From positions 34,592 through 98,591 of the forward strand of contig NW_005434494.1 of assembly GCF_000315625.1 (NCBI RefSeq): a stretch of 64,000 nt of DNA. The letters run 5' to 3'. A model generated the notes under the pieces. That model ran no database searches. It saw only the letters and a program-made list of their open reading frames with translations, and was not told the origin of the DNA. The stretch comes from Guillardia theta CCMP2712. Taxonomy: Eukaryota > Protista > Cryptophyta. The first letter of the stretch is position 1. Every line of letters begins with the position of its first letter. The position numbers and the translations under genes were made by a program. Shown piece by piece: positions 47,070 to 59,576 of the stretch.

Positions 47070-47795
47070 TATGGATAGGAGGTTTCTGCCATGTAATGAA
47101 AGCTGTGGATGTAAATCTACACTTTGGATCGGTTGATTCCTTATTTTCAAAGTCGATGGGTTTGATTTCACGACGCGTCAGGATATCATGCAGCAGATCT
47201 TTATCGGGAACGTAGTGCAAGTTCATGATATTTTGTCTTCCATGAGCTCCCTGAACTCCTTGGTGAGAACTTCCTTTCTGTTGACATAGAGCCATTGCAA
47301 AAGACGTATCATGGAGCTGGTATACATCTTCCTGCTCTTCTTCGATATCGTATTCTCGCGGATAGCTTCCACTGATGCTTCGAGCGCTGCTTCGTCCTGA
47401 ACACGTAAGTTGTCCCACAAAGCAGACTCAGCTTCTGTAGAAGAATGTTTTCTTTTTGGTCGTGCTTTGTTGGTTCTTGCAGCAGCAGTGGGATCTTGAA
47501 ACATCGAGCTTGGTCCCTCCATCCCATCATCTAACTGTGACGTGCGAGAGGACACTGACATGCCATCTCCTTCCGATTCGTCAATTGCTATCGCTGACTG
47601 CACATCATTGCTGGGAGGAGGCGGCGATTGACAACCACAAAATCCAGGATCCTCACTTCGAAAACTGGCACATACTGCATGAAAGTTGCCACCACATTTC
47701 CGGCACTTATGTCCAGTCCCAGTCGCAGGGTTGCATGGAGCTCCCTGTATACGACATTCGCGTCCAAACAGGCATTCTCCGCTTGTTTCCGCCAT
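47070..47795 (-). pseudogene. Cys-rich finger + tyrosine-recombinase (Crypton-like) N-terminal fragment
   Basis: CRKCGGNFHAVC finger, then TISKKSRKMYTSSMIRLLQWL resembling an integrase core-binding helix. Continues in another frame (IKPIDF...FITW) and is then truncated; no catalytic domain is visible. Confidence 0.4.
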
Positions 47796-47925
47796 CCCTC
47801 AAAAACATAGTATCTGTGATACCAGGGACGGGCCACCCTTGTAGGTATCGGGTTTAGGGTTTAGACTAATTCATTTTCAATGGGCAATTAAAGTTTTGAG
47901 TGGGAAAGAGATTTTCAGCAGAAAT

Positions 47926-50400
47926 CAATTGGTATCAGCATATGGGGATTGTCGACTTCATTGAAAATTAGCACTGCACTGCGGTGGTTTTCATCGAGGA
48001 ATTTCAAATATGGACGACTGAAGACCATCCTGAAAACCATCGAATATTTTTTGTCCTATAATTATGACCCTGTTTATAAAAACGATGATTTCTACGTACA
48101 ATATAACAATAATTCTATTACACTACTAAAATTAAAATATATTCCTATTGCAGTACAATGCTAATAATATCCAAATAAAACACTTGAGAAACACAATGAC
48201 AAAATTTCTATTTAAATTATGTTCAATAAATATTAATTACCCTATCAATGTAAATTAATGCTGCAGTGTGGTGCATAAATTACACAATGTAAAAAACGGC
48301 GGTATAGCATGAGCAAAGCGAATGCTATGATGAGCACGCAGTGCGAATCTATTCCATCCTGCGCAGTTGTTGAACATTTTCACACTTATATTCTTCATAT
48401 AACTCAATATACCAATTATCGTAATCGTTTGTTTCACGAATCTTCGGGTGTGATATAATTTCTTATTATATGAACGACTATTTTCATTTAAGCAAGCACT
48501 TTTATGATCAGACCATCTTTTATTCAATGAAGTGGTGGTAGATCCAACATAAACAAGGCTATCATCTTTTCGATATCTTATGGTATAAATGAAGCATTTT
48601 TGTATAAGAGTATTATTGTCATCATATGCAGCACATGCTTGTAATATGAGATCATTAGGTTTGTGTTTATAGATGTTATCAGTGAGATCGAAATCATGAT
48701 CACAGACGGTAAGATGTAACGTCATTAAATGAGTGTTAAGGATCAATCCACAATGACATTTAAAGATAAAGGAATCATACACATAGACAAGTGGATCTAA
48801 TGGATCGAAATGAAGATCAGGGATATGTGCATGCGCAGAGTCAACCTTGATGTCACGACATTTTGTAAAGTAATGTTTAGTTGTTTTTTTATGGATATGG
48901 AGGAGCTGTCGAGTAAGAAGGAGACCACATTCACATGAATAAAGGAATGCATCATGTGGAGTGTCATATACATGAGCATCAAAATCAACATTATCATATC
49001 GATAAGCGATCTCATTCAAGTGCCATTGTAAATCATTGGCATCTTCAGGGATATGAAATTCATTCGTGAGAGTTCCTAGTTTATCAATGATATATTTTTC
49101 CTTTTGGAACATATGTTCATCATCAACGAAGAAGAATTGATCATAAATCTTGAATTCCCAATGATCAGCAATGTGAATACATTCAGGATCAAATTCTCTC
49201 ATCTTGACATAGAGTGGTGAGTTGTATGATTTGGCACATTGTATGTGTTGTTTCCATGTTTGTTTGGCATCTAGAGAAACACCAACATACATCAATGTCT
49301 TATCATGTTTATACTGAATAGTGTAAATAGAAACAACCTCTCTTTTAGGATGTATGTCATTGATCTTTAAACACTTAGCAAGGAGGTTTTGATATCCTTC
49401 TAAACCATAGAGTTGATCAAAATAAGGGTGTGAATATTTCAATGAAATTGGCATTATTGTAAACAAGAAACACCTTCTGCAACGGAGGTATTGATATTGA
49501 AACAGATTCACTTTTTTAATGCAGGGTTTTTGGTTTTGTGTTTTAAGGTATGAATTCAACCAATTGGTATCAGCATATGGGGATTGTCGACTTCATTGAA
49601 AATTAGCACTGCACTGCGGTGGTTTTCATCGAGGAATTTCAAATATGGACGACTGAAGACCAGTGATCAAGGGTTTGCGAGTGGAATAGTAAAGCTCAAG
49701 TTGCAATGGAATAGATTCGCACTGCGTGCTTGATCATAGCATTCGCTTTGCTCATGCTATACCGCTGTTTTACATTGTATAATTTATGCACTGTAATGCA
49801 GCAATGATTTACATGATATGAAATTAGAAAAAAATCTTGTTTATTATTCTGATTCAAATTTTGTTCAATAAATATTAATTGGGTTATAATATTTTTCCAA
49901 TGTTTAATCTTGAATCTTGTTCACGGTATTGTAGTGTAATAGGAATAACAAGTGTAGCACAAGTTGCAATGGAATAGATTCGCACTGCGTGCTCATCATA
50001 GCATTCGCTTTGCTCATGCTATACCGCCGTTTTTTACATTGTGTAATTTATGCACCACACTGCAGCATTAATTTACATTGATAGGGTAATTAATATTTAT
50101 TGAACATAATTTAAATAGAAATTTTGTCATTGTGTTTCTCAAGTGTTTTATTTGGATATTATTAGCATTGTACTGCAATAGGAATATATTTTAATTTTAG
50201 TAGTGTAATAGAATTATTGTTATATTGTACGTAGAAATCATCGTTTTTATAAACAGGGTCATAATTATAGGACAAAAAATATTCGATGGTTTTCAGGATG
50301 GTCTTCAGTCGTCCATATTTGAAATTCCTCGATGAAAACCACCGCAGTGCAGTGCTAATTTTCAATGAAGTCGACAATCCCCATATGCTGATACCAATTG
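47926..50400. repeat. ~430-bp inverted repeat pair (47926-48357 / 49969-50400) plus a third ~100-bp terminal copy at 49561-49661
   Basis: Directly visible; the identical mirror ORFs 47949..48164 and 50162..50377 result from it. Confidence 0.95.
48255..49454 (-). CDS. Double GIY-YIG endonuclease with CxC..H finger-like repeats, virus-like, 3' end disrupted
   Basis: SIYTIQ...MYVGVS and FIYTIR...VYVGST motifs, CECG...HKKTTKH; intronless and AT-rich. The second domain continues in a shifted frame (KIRETNDYDNWYIELYEEYKCENVQQLRRME) up to the inverted-repeat junction. Confidence 0.85.
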   Translation of the reverse strand: MPISLKYSHPYFDQLYGLEGYQNLLAKCLKINDIHPKREVVSIYTIQYKHDKTLMYVGVSLDAKQTWKQHIQCAKSYNSPLYVKMREFDPECIHIADHWEFKIYDQFFFVDDEHMFQKEKYIIDKLGTLTNEFHIPEDANDLQWHLNEIAYRYDNVDFDAHVYDTPHDAFLYSCECGLLLTRQLLHIHKKTTKHYFTKCRDIKVDSAHAHIPDLHFDPLDPLVYVYDSFIFKCHCGLILNTHLMTLHLTVCDHDFDLTDNIYKHKPNDLILQACAAYDDNNTLIQKCFIYTIRYRKDDSLVYVGSTTTSLNKRWSDHKSACLNENSRSYNKKLYHTRRFVKQTITIIGILSYMKNISVKMFNNCAGWNRFALRAHHSIRFAHAIPPFFTLCNLCTTLQH

Positions 50401-50724
50401 GTTAAGCATATTAAAACGAGGCCGAAAACAACCGGTCATATTGAGGTCTATACTACCCGTGCGAAACCAACCGTTTCGTTTCACAATCAAAGGACCACCC
50501 ATCACTTGGATGTAAATTGAGAGGGTGGTATAAAAGTATAGTATATTCTGACAACATACAAATAGATATAAACATCCCAATACCTCATACCCTGTAGTAA
50601 AATCTCAGTACATGGGTGGGTCCAAAACGCCAAGCAGAGAGGGGTGGAGAAAAAGTCCCACATCCCCTCTTTGACCGGACCCATCCCGGAGTCCGGGGTG
50701 TCCCGGCGGGGAGTCAGCCCCGAA

Positions 50725-52222
50725 AGCCTACACCTACTCCGCCCTCCTGCCTGACGACTAGTATCCTGCCCCGAAACCGGGCTGAGCCTACTCCGCCTCC
50801 TGCCTGACCACGGCTATCCTGCCCCGAAACCGGGCTGAGCCTACTCCGCCTCCTGCCTGACGGCTATACTGCCCCGACAGCCTGCTCCGCCTCCTGCCTG
50901 TCGACTATCCTGCCCCGACAGCCTGCTCCGCCTCCCGCCTGACGGCTATCCTGCCCCGACAGCCTGCTCCGCCTCCTGGCTGACGACTATACTGACCCGA
51001 CAGCCTGCTCCGCCTCTGGCCTGACGGCTATCCTGGCGAAACTGACTGCTCCACGGGATGACTGATGACTATACTGTCCCAAGAGTGTGCTCCGCCTCCT
51101 GCCTGACGACTATACTGCCCCGACAGCCTGCTCCGCCTCCTGCCTGACGACTATACTGACCCGACAGCCTGCTCCGCCTCCTGCCTGACGACTATCCTGC
51201 CCCGACAGCCTGCTCCGCCTCCCGCCTGACGGCTATCCTGCCCCGACAGCCTGCTCCGCCTCCTGCCTGACGACTATCCTGCCCCGACAGCCTGCTCCGC
51301 CTCCTGCCTGACGGCTATCCTGACCCGACAGCCTGCTCCGCCTCCTGCCTGACGACTATACTGACCCGACAGCCTGCTCCGCCTCCTGCCAGACGACTAT
51401 CCTGCCCCGACAGCCTGCTCCGCCTCCTGCCTGACGGCTATCCTGCCCCGACAGCCTGCTCCGCCTCCTGCCTGACGACGGCTATCCTGCCCCAAATCCG
51501 GGCTGAGCCTGCTCCGCCTCCTGCCTGACGACTATCCTGACCCGACAGCCTGCTCCGCCTCCTGCCTGACGACTATCCTGCCCCGACAGCCTACTCCCCC
51601 TCCTGCCTGACGACGGCTATCCTGCCCCGAAACCGGGCTAAGCCTGCTCCGCCTCCTGCCTGACGACTATCCTGCCCCGACAGCCTGCTCCGCCTCCTGC
51701 CTGTCGACTATCCTGCCCCGACAGCCTACTCCGCCTCCTGTCTGACGACTATCCTGCCCCGACAGCCTGCTCCGCCTCCTGCCTGTCGACTATCCTGCCG
51801 CCCGACAGCCTGCTCCGCCTCCTGCCTGACGGCTATCCTGCCCCGACAGCCTGCTCCGCCTCCTGCCTGTCGACTATCCTGCCCCGACAGCCTGCTCCGC
51901 CTCCTGCCTGACGACTATACTGCCCCGACAGCCTGCTCCGCCTCCTGCCTGACGACTATCCTGACCCGACAGCCTGCTCCGCCTCCTGCCTGACGACTAT
52001 CCTGACCCGACAGCCTGCTCCGCCTCCTGCCAGACGACTATACTGCCCCGACAGCCTACTCCGCCTCCTGCCTGACGACTATCCTGACCCGACAGCCTGC
52101 TCCGCCTCCTGCCTGACGGCTATCCTGCCCCGACAGCCTGCTCCGCCTCCTGCCTGACGACTATCCTGACCCGACAGCCTGCTCCGCCTCCTGCCTGACG
52201 ACTATACTGCCCCGACAGCCTG
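50725..52222. repeat. 41-bp GC-rich minisatellite, roughly 35 units
   Basis: Unit gacagcctgctccgcctcctgcctgacgactatcctgcccc, head-to-tail, with point variants and occasional aaaccgggctga insert variants. Confidence 0.95.
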
Positions 52223-54968
52223 CACGCTGGCCGAGTAACCCTCCTTTCTCCCCGCCTGGTTTTTTTGCATTTGGGTACATAATCAGGGTCTCCTCTAGAT
52301 GCCTTCCTGCCTTCCATCTGACCAGGTTTGCAATGTCTGGCCGGGGGATGACGGAATTCGTCATCATCAGCAGGGCTGAAGTCATGAATCAGTGGAATAA
52401 TACCGACCTTGAAGCCTTCATTATCAGCGATGGCAGCAATCCAGGTATCTGCTAACCAACAGTTTTCGTAGAGGTCCTTGAGGATTATGGTTTCTTTCTT
52501 GCTGTTGTCGATGGATGGTAATTGCAAATAGGCGGCGAAGGCGTGAGAACAAGGCTTACCGTTTCTTTGCCAGAAACCACATGGTCTACACCACTTCTCT
52601 TGAAGGCTAACCCAGAATTCAGTGTATCGGGATGGAGAAGGATGTTGAACTGAAGATTCGCCCAATGTCAACTTGACTAACCCTGGAATAGACACCTTGT
52701 CTACATGAAAACGCTTTGACTGATGGATGAATTTCCTGTGACATTTGTGTACTTGGTCTGAAACAAAACTATGACGAGGACCACATCGTGGAGATTGAAG
52801 GTGAGTGGTGAGAGTGATACACTCCTTCATCCTATGCACCCAAGTTTCTGCCAAGACCATGAAGAAATTGAGGGGGTTAGAGCATCGTGCCAGGTTATTG
52901 CGCAGACGATTGTTTTCACTCTCACAAGCATTGTTGGTCCGCACATTGTAACTTCGAACAAAACTGTCCAGTTTCACACTGGACGCAGTTGACGAGTATT
53001 GGCATTGAGCATATCTCGCCTGGGGTGCAAAGGATTAGCAATCATGACCGTGCGAAATGGAAGACATGCACCCAGTGTCGAGGCTCGATTTGGTCAAGGT
53101 ACTCCCACGCCACTCGGTTGTGCTCACGCAATTGTGACATATGGTTGTCAAACTCCTGCTTGGTCCAAGCAGCCTAAGATGATGACAGTGAGTGGAGGAA
53201 GTGTGGGACAATGTATGGAGGGGCGCATCTTACAACAGCCTTCCAGAACAGTCCAGCAGTGTTGGGTTGATCTTTGCCTGATTTGGAACCTTGCAATTGG
53301 GGGCTTTTATTGCCTACAGACCATGAACTAGTCAGTGTATAACATATATCACAGTATAATACTTCGACAATGAGCATTGACATTGGCGAACAGATGAGTT
53401 GCACAGAAAGCAATGTCTGAATGTGGAAGAGCGAGTTGTACTCCTTTGAGAATTGCGGCTCCACGATCCGACATAATGGTAATCGGACCGTTTTTTGCAT
53501 CCAGCCATTCTCCAAGAATGGTTTGCTTTAACTGATCCCATACCCATTCAGTGTTGTCAGAGGTTTCAGCGGCAACTGTGTAAACTCCATCTTTCCATTC
53601 AGAAAAAACAGCTGATGGGTGATAGGAAGTCAACATGACAAACGTGGACGGAATGATTCACCTGCAGCGATGGGCAACACCTTGCCAGTGGGGAGATAAC
53701 CCTGTATAATCATGGCCTTGCCAGAGAAGTAGCGATTCGAGAAGTGGCAATAATCCTGCCCAGAAGGTCGGAATACAGCAATAAACAATGCACGCTGGTT
53801 TTACTTGACCGAGAATACGCAATCCGCAATGTTTGATCAAGTGTAAAATGGAACCATTCGCAAGGAAGGCTCCCATGAAAACACCTTGATACTTGCCGAC
53901 TGGAGGAGTTTCGAGGAATGAAGCAAAACTGTTTGTGTTAGACTCACAATACTTGGAGATCCACTGGGGTAAAATATTGAAAGAAGCCACATAGTCATCC
54001 CATGATCCATTTTCAACTTCAAGGCGAGCAATATAAATGTTATGCAGTGTAGCGGAGATGCCAGTGCGTTTTTTGAACAACTTCTGAATGACTTCGGCTG
54101 TCATACGTCGATGAACACTGCCTCCAATGTCCCTCCTGGACCCTTCGGCGATAATAGAACGGAAAGGTTTGGAATGAACTAGATAACTCGCTCCGGCATT
54201 TCCCACGGAAGAGCACAATGTGCTATGGTATAGGGTGCTATCCTCCATATTGATGGTAAACTTATCCTTTTTGTGTTGCTTGCCCCTCTTGACGATGACT
54301 GTGTACCTGAGAGAATGCAATGAGAGGAAACGACATGAAAGCAACAAGAATGATGCTCACGGGCATGTAGAGCAGGAGCAGCGCATGATATAGCCGGTCA
54401 TGCCATGGAGTTTTTTGCTAGGAGTATTCTTGATTTGCTTGTTGTAATCCTTCAAGTTGATATGTTTAAGGAATCTTGTACATTCACGTCGTTTGGAGAA
54501 CTGCAATCCGCGCAACGTCATGACATGGTCAGATGGAGGTTCCTTGTTGTATGATTCTGATTCAGATGAGGAGACACATTCGTCTTCACTAGTCCAAAAG
54601 CAGGAGGGCTCTTCCCCGATTGATATGGATTGATAGTTGTGGCTTGCACAACTATCATCTTCAGGCAAAGATGTGTCCGCTCCGTGAGGAAGCAACGGAT
54701 CTGAAGGGTCATTCCATGTGTGAGGAAGGGGAGGTGATGATAATGAAGAGGTCGGGGCATCGAAGATGAGGGCATAGAGCCGCTCGACACGCTGGATCAA
54801 GGACAATTGTTCGGGGGGTTTCATACCCAAGCAACGAAATCCACTTTCAACAATGACAATGTACGACGCATTGGTAGGGAGGTCGAGCTCCAGCTCTTGT
54901 TTCACAGCACGTAGCTTGGCACTCATGCTGAGCCTCCTGGCCTTTGTCGAGCCTTCCTCTGCCTGCAT
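52120..54968 (-). CDS. MULE transposase with SWIM zinc finger (multi-exon)
   Basis: Spliced LGQ|DYCHF (D1), TIMSDRG (D2), FCATH (CxxH), TNNACES (E), and SWIM WCRPCGFWQRNGKPCSH. Confidence 0.9.
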
Positions 54969-56099
54969 TTCCCGCGCAGGGTACAACTAAATGTAAAATC
55001 GAAACGTTTGGTAGCGTTTTGTGCAACTTATTATAAAGCACATAGTATGCAATGTATAAGTAATTATGAAAATTTTAAAGTATCGTGACCTGTCAGCAAT
55101 CGCCCGAAATCTTTGATTTTTGTTGATTCACCTACCCTTGATCTTTAGAAAAACCCTAAACCTACCTTAGAATTTTTGCTGAAAATCTTTTTCCCACTCA
55201 AAACTTTAATTGCCCCTCCATGTCTCCACCCGTGACCGTAGGGTAGTCAAGGACCCTCCCCCCGTGTGCTCACGACCGGTGTACGGTCCACCCCTGACCG
55301 GGGCCGCCAGCCTCAGCTCCGAAGTTTCCGAGTTCGTACCCCCGCACCGTGCGGCCAGCGACACTGTTCAATTCTGACTCAGTCTTTACTCAAAGTTAAG
55401 TTAAAAATCAGTACGAGAACAATCAGTGAGTAGCCGTGCCTGGGCCCCCCTCAGGCAGATGACAGACGGTCACGGAATGGCGGGGACGACGGTGACCCTG
55501 ACAACTCACCCACCCACCCACCCTCCACTCACTGCAGGCAGCTACTGACCAGCCTCCACCCACTGAGTCGGGGGCGCCAGCCGGGGGTCCGATGAGCGGC
55601 TTCCGGCCGTTTGAGGTCACACCACCGGGTACTACTGGGCCCAGTGCCGTAGGCTGGGACTGAGCGGCGGCTTTCAGGCAGGTACGGTACTAACCCTAGG
55701 TCAAAATTGTTAGTTTCAAGCTGTAATGGACCGGTACTCAATTTTCAAAGGGGGTCCGAGTGCTCGAAGGGGCCACCGGTTGAACCAGTACCGGGCCAAC
55801 GGGGAGGGGTCCTTCACGGCATCGCACCACCCCCCGCGGTTCCTACCGTACCGTGTGGTTGGGCCGCCCTTGGAGCCATAATAGTACCGCGGAATGGAAT
55901 AACCCCTACCCCCTAATCCCGCCGTCTACCCTACCCCTGAAAATATCAACTTTAGGATATGACATTGACCCCAAAGACGACAACCTCCACCCCTACTTTA
56001 CTAGTAGTACCCTACCCCTCCTGAAGGGCGTACCCCATAGAAATCAGTTTTTCGAACGGAGCGCAATGCCGCTGTGCCGCAGAAGTGCAAGTAGAGGAA

Positions 56100-59000
56100 A
56101 TGCAAGGGATGAAGCAGGGAGCAAGAGCTCTGAGGGATATGGCTATCTTCAGGAGGAAAGAGCAGGGAGCGAAACAAGTCCGGGCGCTGGCAGCAGTAGT
56201 GGATAGACCAGGAACAGACACTTCAAGGGGATTTCATGGGCGAAGAGGAGCACTTGGAGAGAGGGATAATGCTGGCGATGGCTGCTTGAAAAATGCCCCG
56301 GGCCTGTTGAACTCTCCGACTTTCATGCATTCTGAGAGGATGCACATCATTCAGATCTACAAATACCAAAAGCGACATAGCTAACACCTATGGCAGTTGT
56401 AGACGCATTGGCCGTCGGGAGAATGAATATCTCGTGTACACAAGATCAATCGGTGAAGCGTTGAACTGATCAAGCTCTTGTCAGGACACTGATATGCGCA
56501 AGCAGAGAGTCTGTCAATGGACCTGATCGCAAACAAGGCTCGCAGACTTCGAGACTTGCCGTTTGAAATCAGCCATGGAAGATACAGAAAGAAATGGAAA
56601 CGGAGAGGGCAGCAACTATTCCAACGGTTCTCTTTGTGACGGATCATGAGGATAACTGATTACTCGAAATGTCTACAGCAGTCATGCATAAAATTCAAAG
56701 ACGAGATCGACAGGTTGGATTGTTGTTCTCCTCGCGCCGTTTGAGTTTGGTGATGATGATTCCTCCTGAACAGACTTATGCACTTGATGTTGATATGCTG
56801 TCAACCGATGCGGTAAGATCGTCAAAGTCAGAGAGTTCGATGCTGATGTCGCGCCAGGATTCGGAGTACAACCATAGCTTCATCAAGATGTTTTTCGGTA
56901 ACATGACAGCCAGTAAAAGAAGAAGTAATGGAATTGAAGCCTGCTCGTTGTAGGTATCGGGCCCAGATCAAAGAGGCTCCCTTCCTCAAAGCTGATTCAT
57001 CCAAACTCTCCCTACACCTTGCTTTTCTCTGGCTTCATGGGTTTGCTGCTCTTATACACAGCTATCAACACACCGGTAGGTTTCGGTGATTGGAAACCGG
57101 AGTCTTCTTACTTTCTACTTTCAAAGGTTACAGTGGCTTTCTTCTGGGATTCCAATGCCTGCACCAGCATTCCAACATTGAACTTTGATATTTTTGTGGA
57201 CACGTTTTTCATCTGTGATATACTAAATACATTCTTCATCGGAGTCCACCACCAGGGGAGATACATCGACGACCTGAAGGTGACAGTCAAATTCCTTGTA
57301 GTCCGTCTGATCAAGTAGTCATTGACTCTTTGTGCTCTCAGTGGGTGTTCTTCAACTATCTCCGCACCAACTTTGTGTTTGACACCATCACGTCCTTCCC
57401 CGTGTCGTACGTTGAAGTTGTCATGCTTTCAACGTGCCCCGTGGTACTCAGAGCGATCTCAATGATTCACATGACATGTTGTGTTTCAGAGTAGCAACCT
57501 AGAACTCTCACCCAATGCGCTGAGAATCATTCGCGTGATGAAGCCTCTGCGTCTCTTCAAGATCTTTCGTATTGTCAAGGTTGTGAAGACCTTCAAGCTC
57601 ATGGACACCCTGGGGAATCGCTTTCGAGTCCCTCCGAGGATCATGCGGCTAAGCAAACTGTTTGCGTCCATCGGCCTCATGGTTCACTTGTGCTCCTGCT
57701 TGTATTGGTTGGTCAAAGTGACCACAAACTCGAATGAGGAGGTGTCTCTTTTCATCCAATCAAAGAGCATGCAGGAGGGCATCGATGACGAGTACACTTT
57801 ATCCTTCTACTTCGTCACAACCATCTTCACGACCATAGGTATGTAGTGGTCGAGTAGATGTCAACAACTGACTTGATCTGCCAAGGTTTTGGAGACGTGT
57901 ATGCGGAAAACCACGCGGAGAGAGTTTACTGCATTGTGGTCATGTATCTGGGCTCGTTGGTGTTTGGAATTCTATTGGCGGAGGTGCAGCAGATTGTGAA
58001 CCAGTGGACAAGGCAGGCGAGGAACCGAGACAACCATGTGCAAGCGATCTTGGACTTCTTGAGGAAGAACGAGATTCCTTTCAACCTGGAAAACGAGGTC
58101 GTGCACTGGGCCTCGTTCGACTTTGAGGAGACGCAGCGATCGAAAGTCCAGAACGAGGTCTTGAACTCTCTTCCGATGAAACTCCGTCGGAATCTCCTCC
58201 ACTACATGCACAAGGGAACTCTCAACAGGATCTCCATCTTCAGTGGAGTCGTCCACCCGTCCATGAAGGAGCTGATCCTCGACATCTGGGCGGCGTTGAG
58301 GAGCGTGACCTACTACTACGGCTCCATCATCTGCGACTCGACCACCAAGGCTGACAGGCTGATCATAATCTCCACCGGGGTCGCTCAGATCAAGACGTAC
58401 GCCAACATCTTTGACCTGCGGACTGACGTTGCCTTCAACCAGAACTCTCACGGGACCAAGCTCTTCGACCTGAACCCTGGCGACTACATCGGGGAGTACG
58501 CTCTGCTAGGGGACACGGACTGGGGAGCGAGTTACAACCGACTTGACATCACCTGCGAGTCCATGACTCGCCTGATGTGCCTCGTGCTCACCAAGAGCGC
58601 CTTCGATGAGCTGATCGCCAACTACCCCCCAGCTCTCAAGGAGGAGCTGCATGCCCGAGGGCAGAAGCACATCACTTCGACGCTCTCGCGCACGCAGGCA
58701 CTGCGGAGGTCGAGCTCCAACATCCTGATGGAGGCGAGAAGAGCGCGGGTGGAGAACCGATGGTTCTCGCTGACCATGAAGCTGAGGCTGGTCAAGGAGT
58801 CCAGCTCGAGCACCCAGGAGCGATTTGCGAGGCATCTGAGCTTGCACGCCTTGAACCCGAGCCTTAACGACGTTCTCAAGGAGTCCAGGAGGGACAACGA
58901 TGAGTTCTTCTTCTCCCGCAGGAAGCAGGACAGCGACAGCGGGATCAAGATCGCCCTTGACTCCGTCTGCGACTCGGAGGAGGAGGATGGTGGGGGGATC

Positions 59001-59306
59001 GTGCCGACGCGCAGGGAGGTGGCTCGGCACAAGGATAAGCGACGGCAGTCGACTTTGACACATGCCTCTTCCTTGTCAAACTCGAGGACCGGCATGAAGG
59101 ATCTGGCAGACCTGACGGATGACCTCGGGTCGACCATACACGCGGGATGGGGCCGGGGAGACGTGGAGGAGTTGCGGGAGGCGATGGCGGGGCTGCAGGG
59201 GCAGCTTCAGCTGGTGATGGAGAAGATCGAGAAGATCGAGACCATGACCCCTGAGACTGGCTCGCAAGTGGGAGAGGAACTTTCGTTCCAATCAGGGATG
59301 GTGTGA
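56100..59306 (+). CDS. KCNH/EAG-like or CNG-family voltage-gated K channel with cyclic-nucleotide-binding domain (start uncertain)
   Basis: IHPNS, S2 VDTFFICDILNTF, S4 LRIIRVMKPLRLFKIFRIVK, pore YFVTTIFTTIG|FGD, C-linker, and CNBD PGDYIGEYALL. Confidence 0.92.
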
Positions 59307-59576
59307 ATCATTGGAGTGCAAACTGACATTCAGATCCTTGGGGAAAGAAGAGTGAGGGTGAAGGTGCGAGAGCGAGCGGCGCGGGGAGGAAATCTGAACA
59401 TTTTTACAAACAAGACTACCTTAACACATGTAAATAGACATCGAGAAATGAAAAGTACATTGAACAAGAGAGAGAGAGTTGACAGGGATGTGATGAAGGA
59501 GGAATTTTTTCGATGAAACGGAGGTGATAACTGAGATGGCGACACCGGAAGGATCTCCAGCTGAGATAATGGGGAA

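Larger units (their letters stand above)
47882..55215 (-). mobile_element. Mutator-like element (MULE) bounded by TIRs, with nested cargo
   Basis: 44-bp inverted termini GGGCAATTAAAGTTTTGAGTGGGAAA(G/A)AGATTTTCAGCA(G/A)AAAT at 47882-47925 and ~55172-55215 enclose a MULE transposase. No matching TSD seen. Confidence 0.8.

Noticed and set aside
47949-50377. Two identical 71-aa ORFs on opposite strands
   Set aside because: They are mirror products of the inverted repeat, with non-ATG starts and no recognisable domain.
50725-52222. CRISPR-like array
   Set aside because: Units are contiguous with no unique spacers, there are no cas genes, and the context is eukaryotic; it is a minisatellite.
47870-55226. 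9-10 bp MULE target-site duplication
   Set aside because: The flanks (attttcaat vs ctccatgtc) do not match, so a clean recent insertion is not claimed.
57972-59291. Antisense ORFs over the channel, RWP-RK and effector genes
   Set aside because: Shadow ORFs from GC3-biased codons on the opposite strand.
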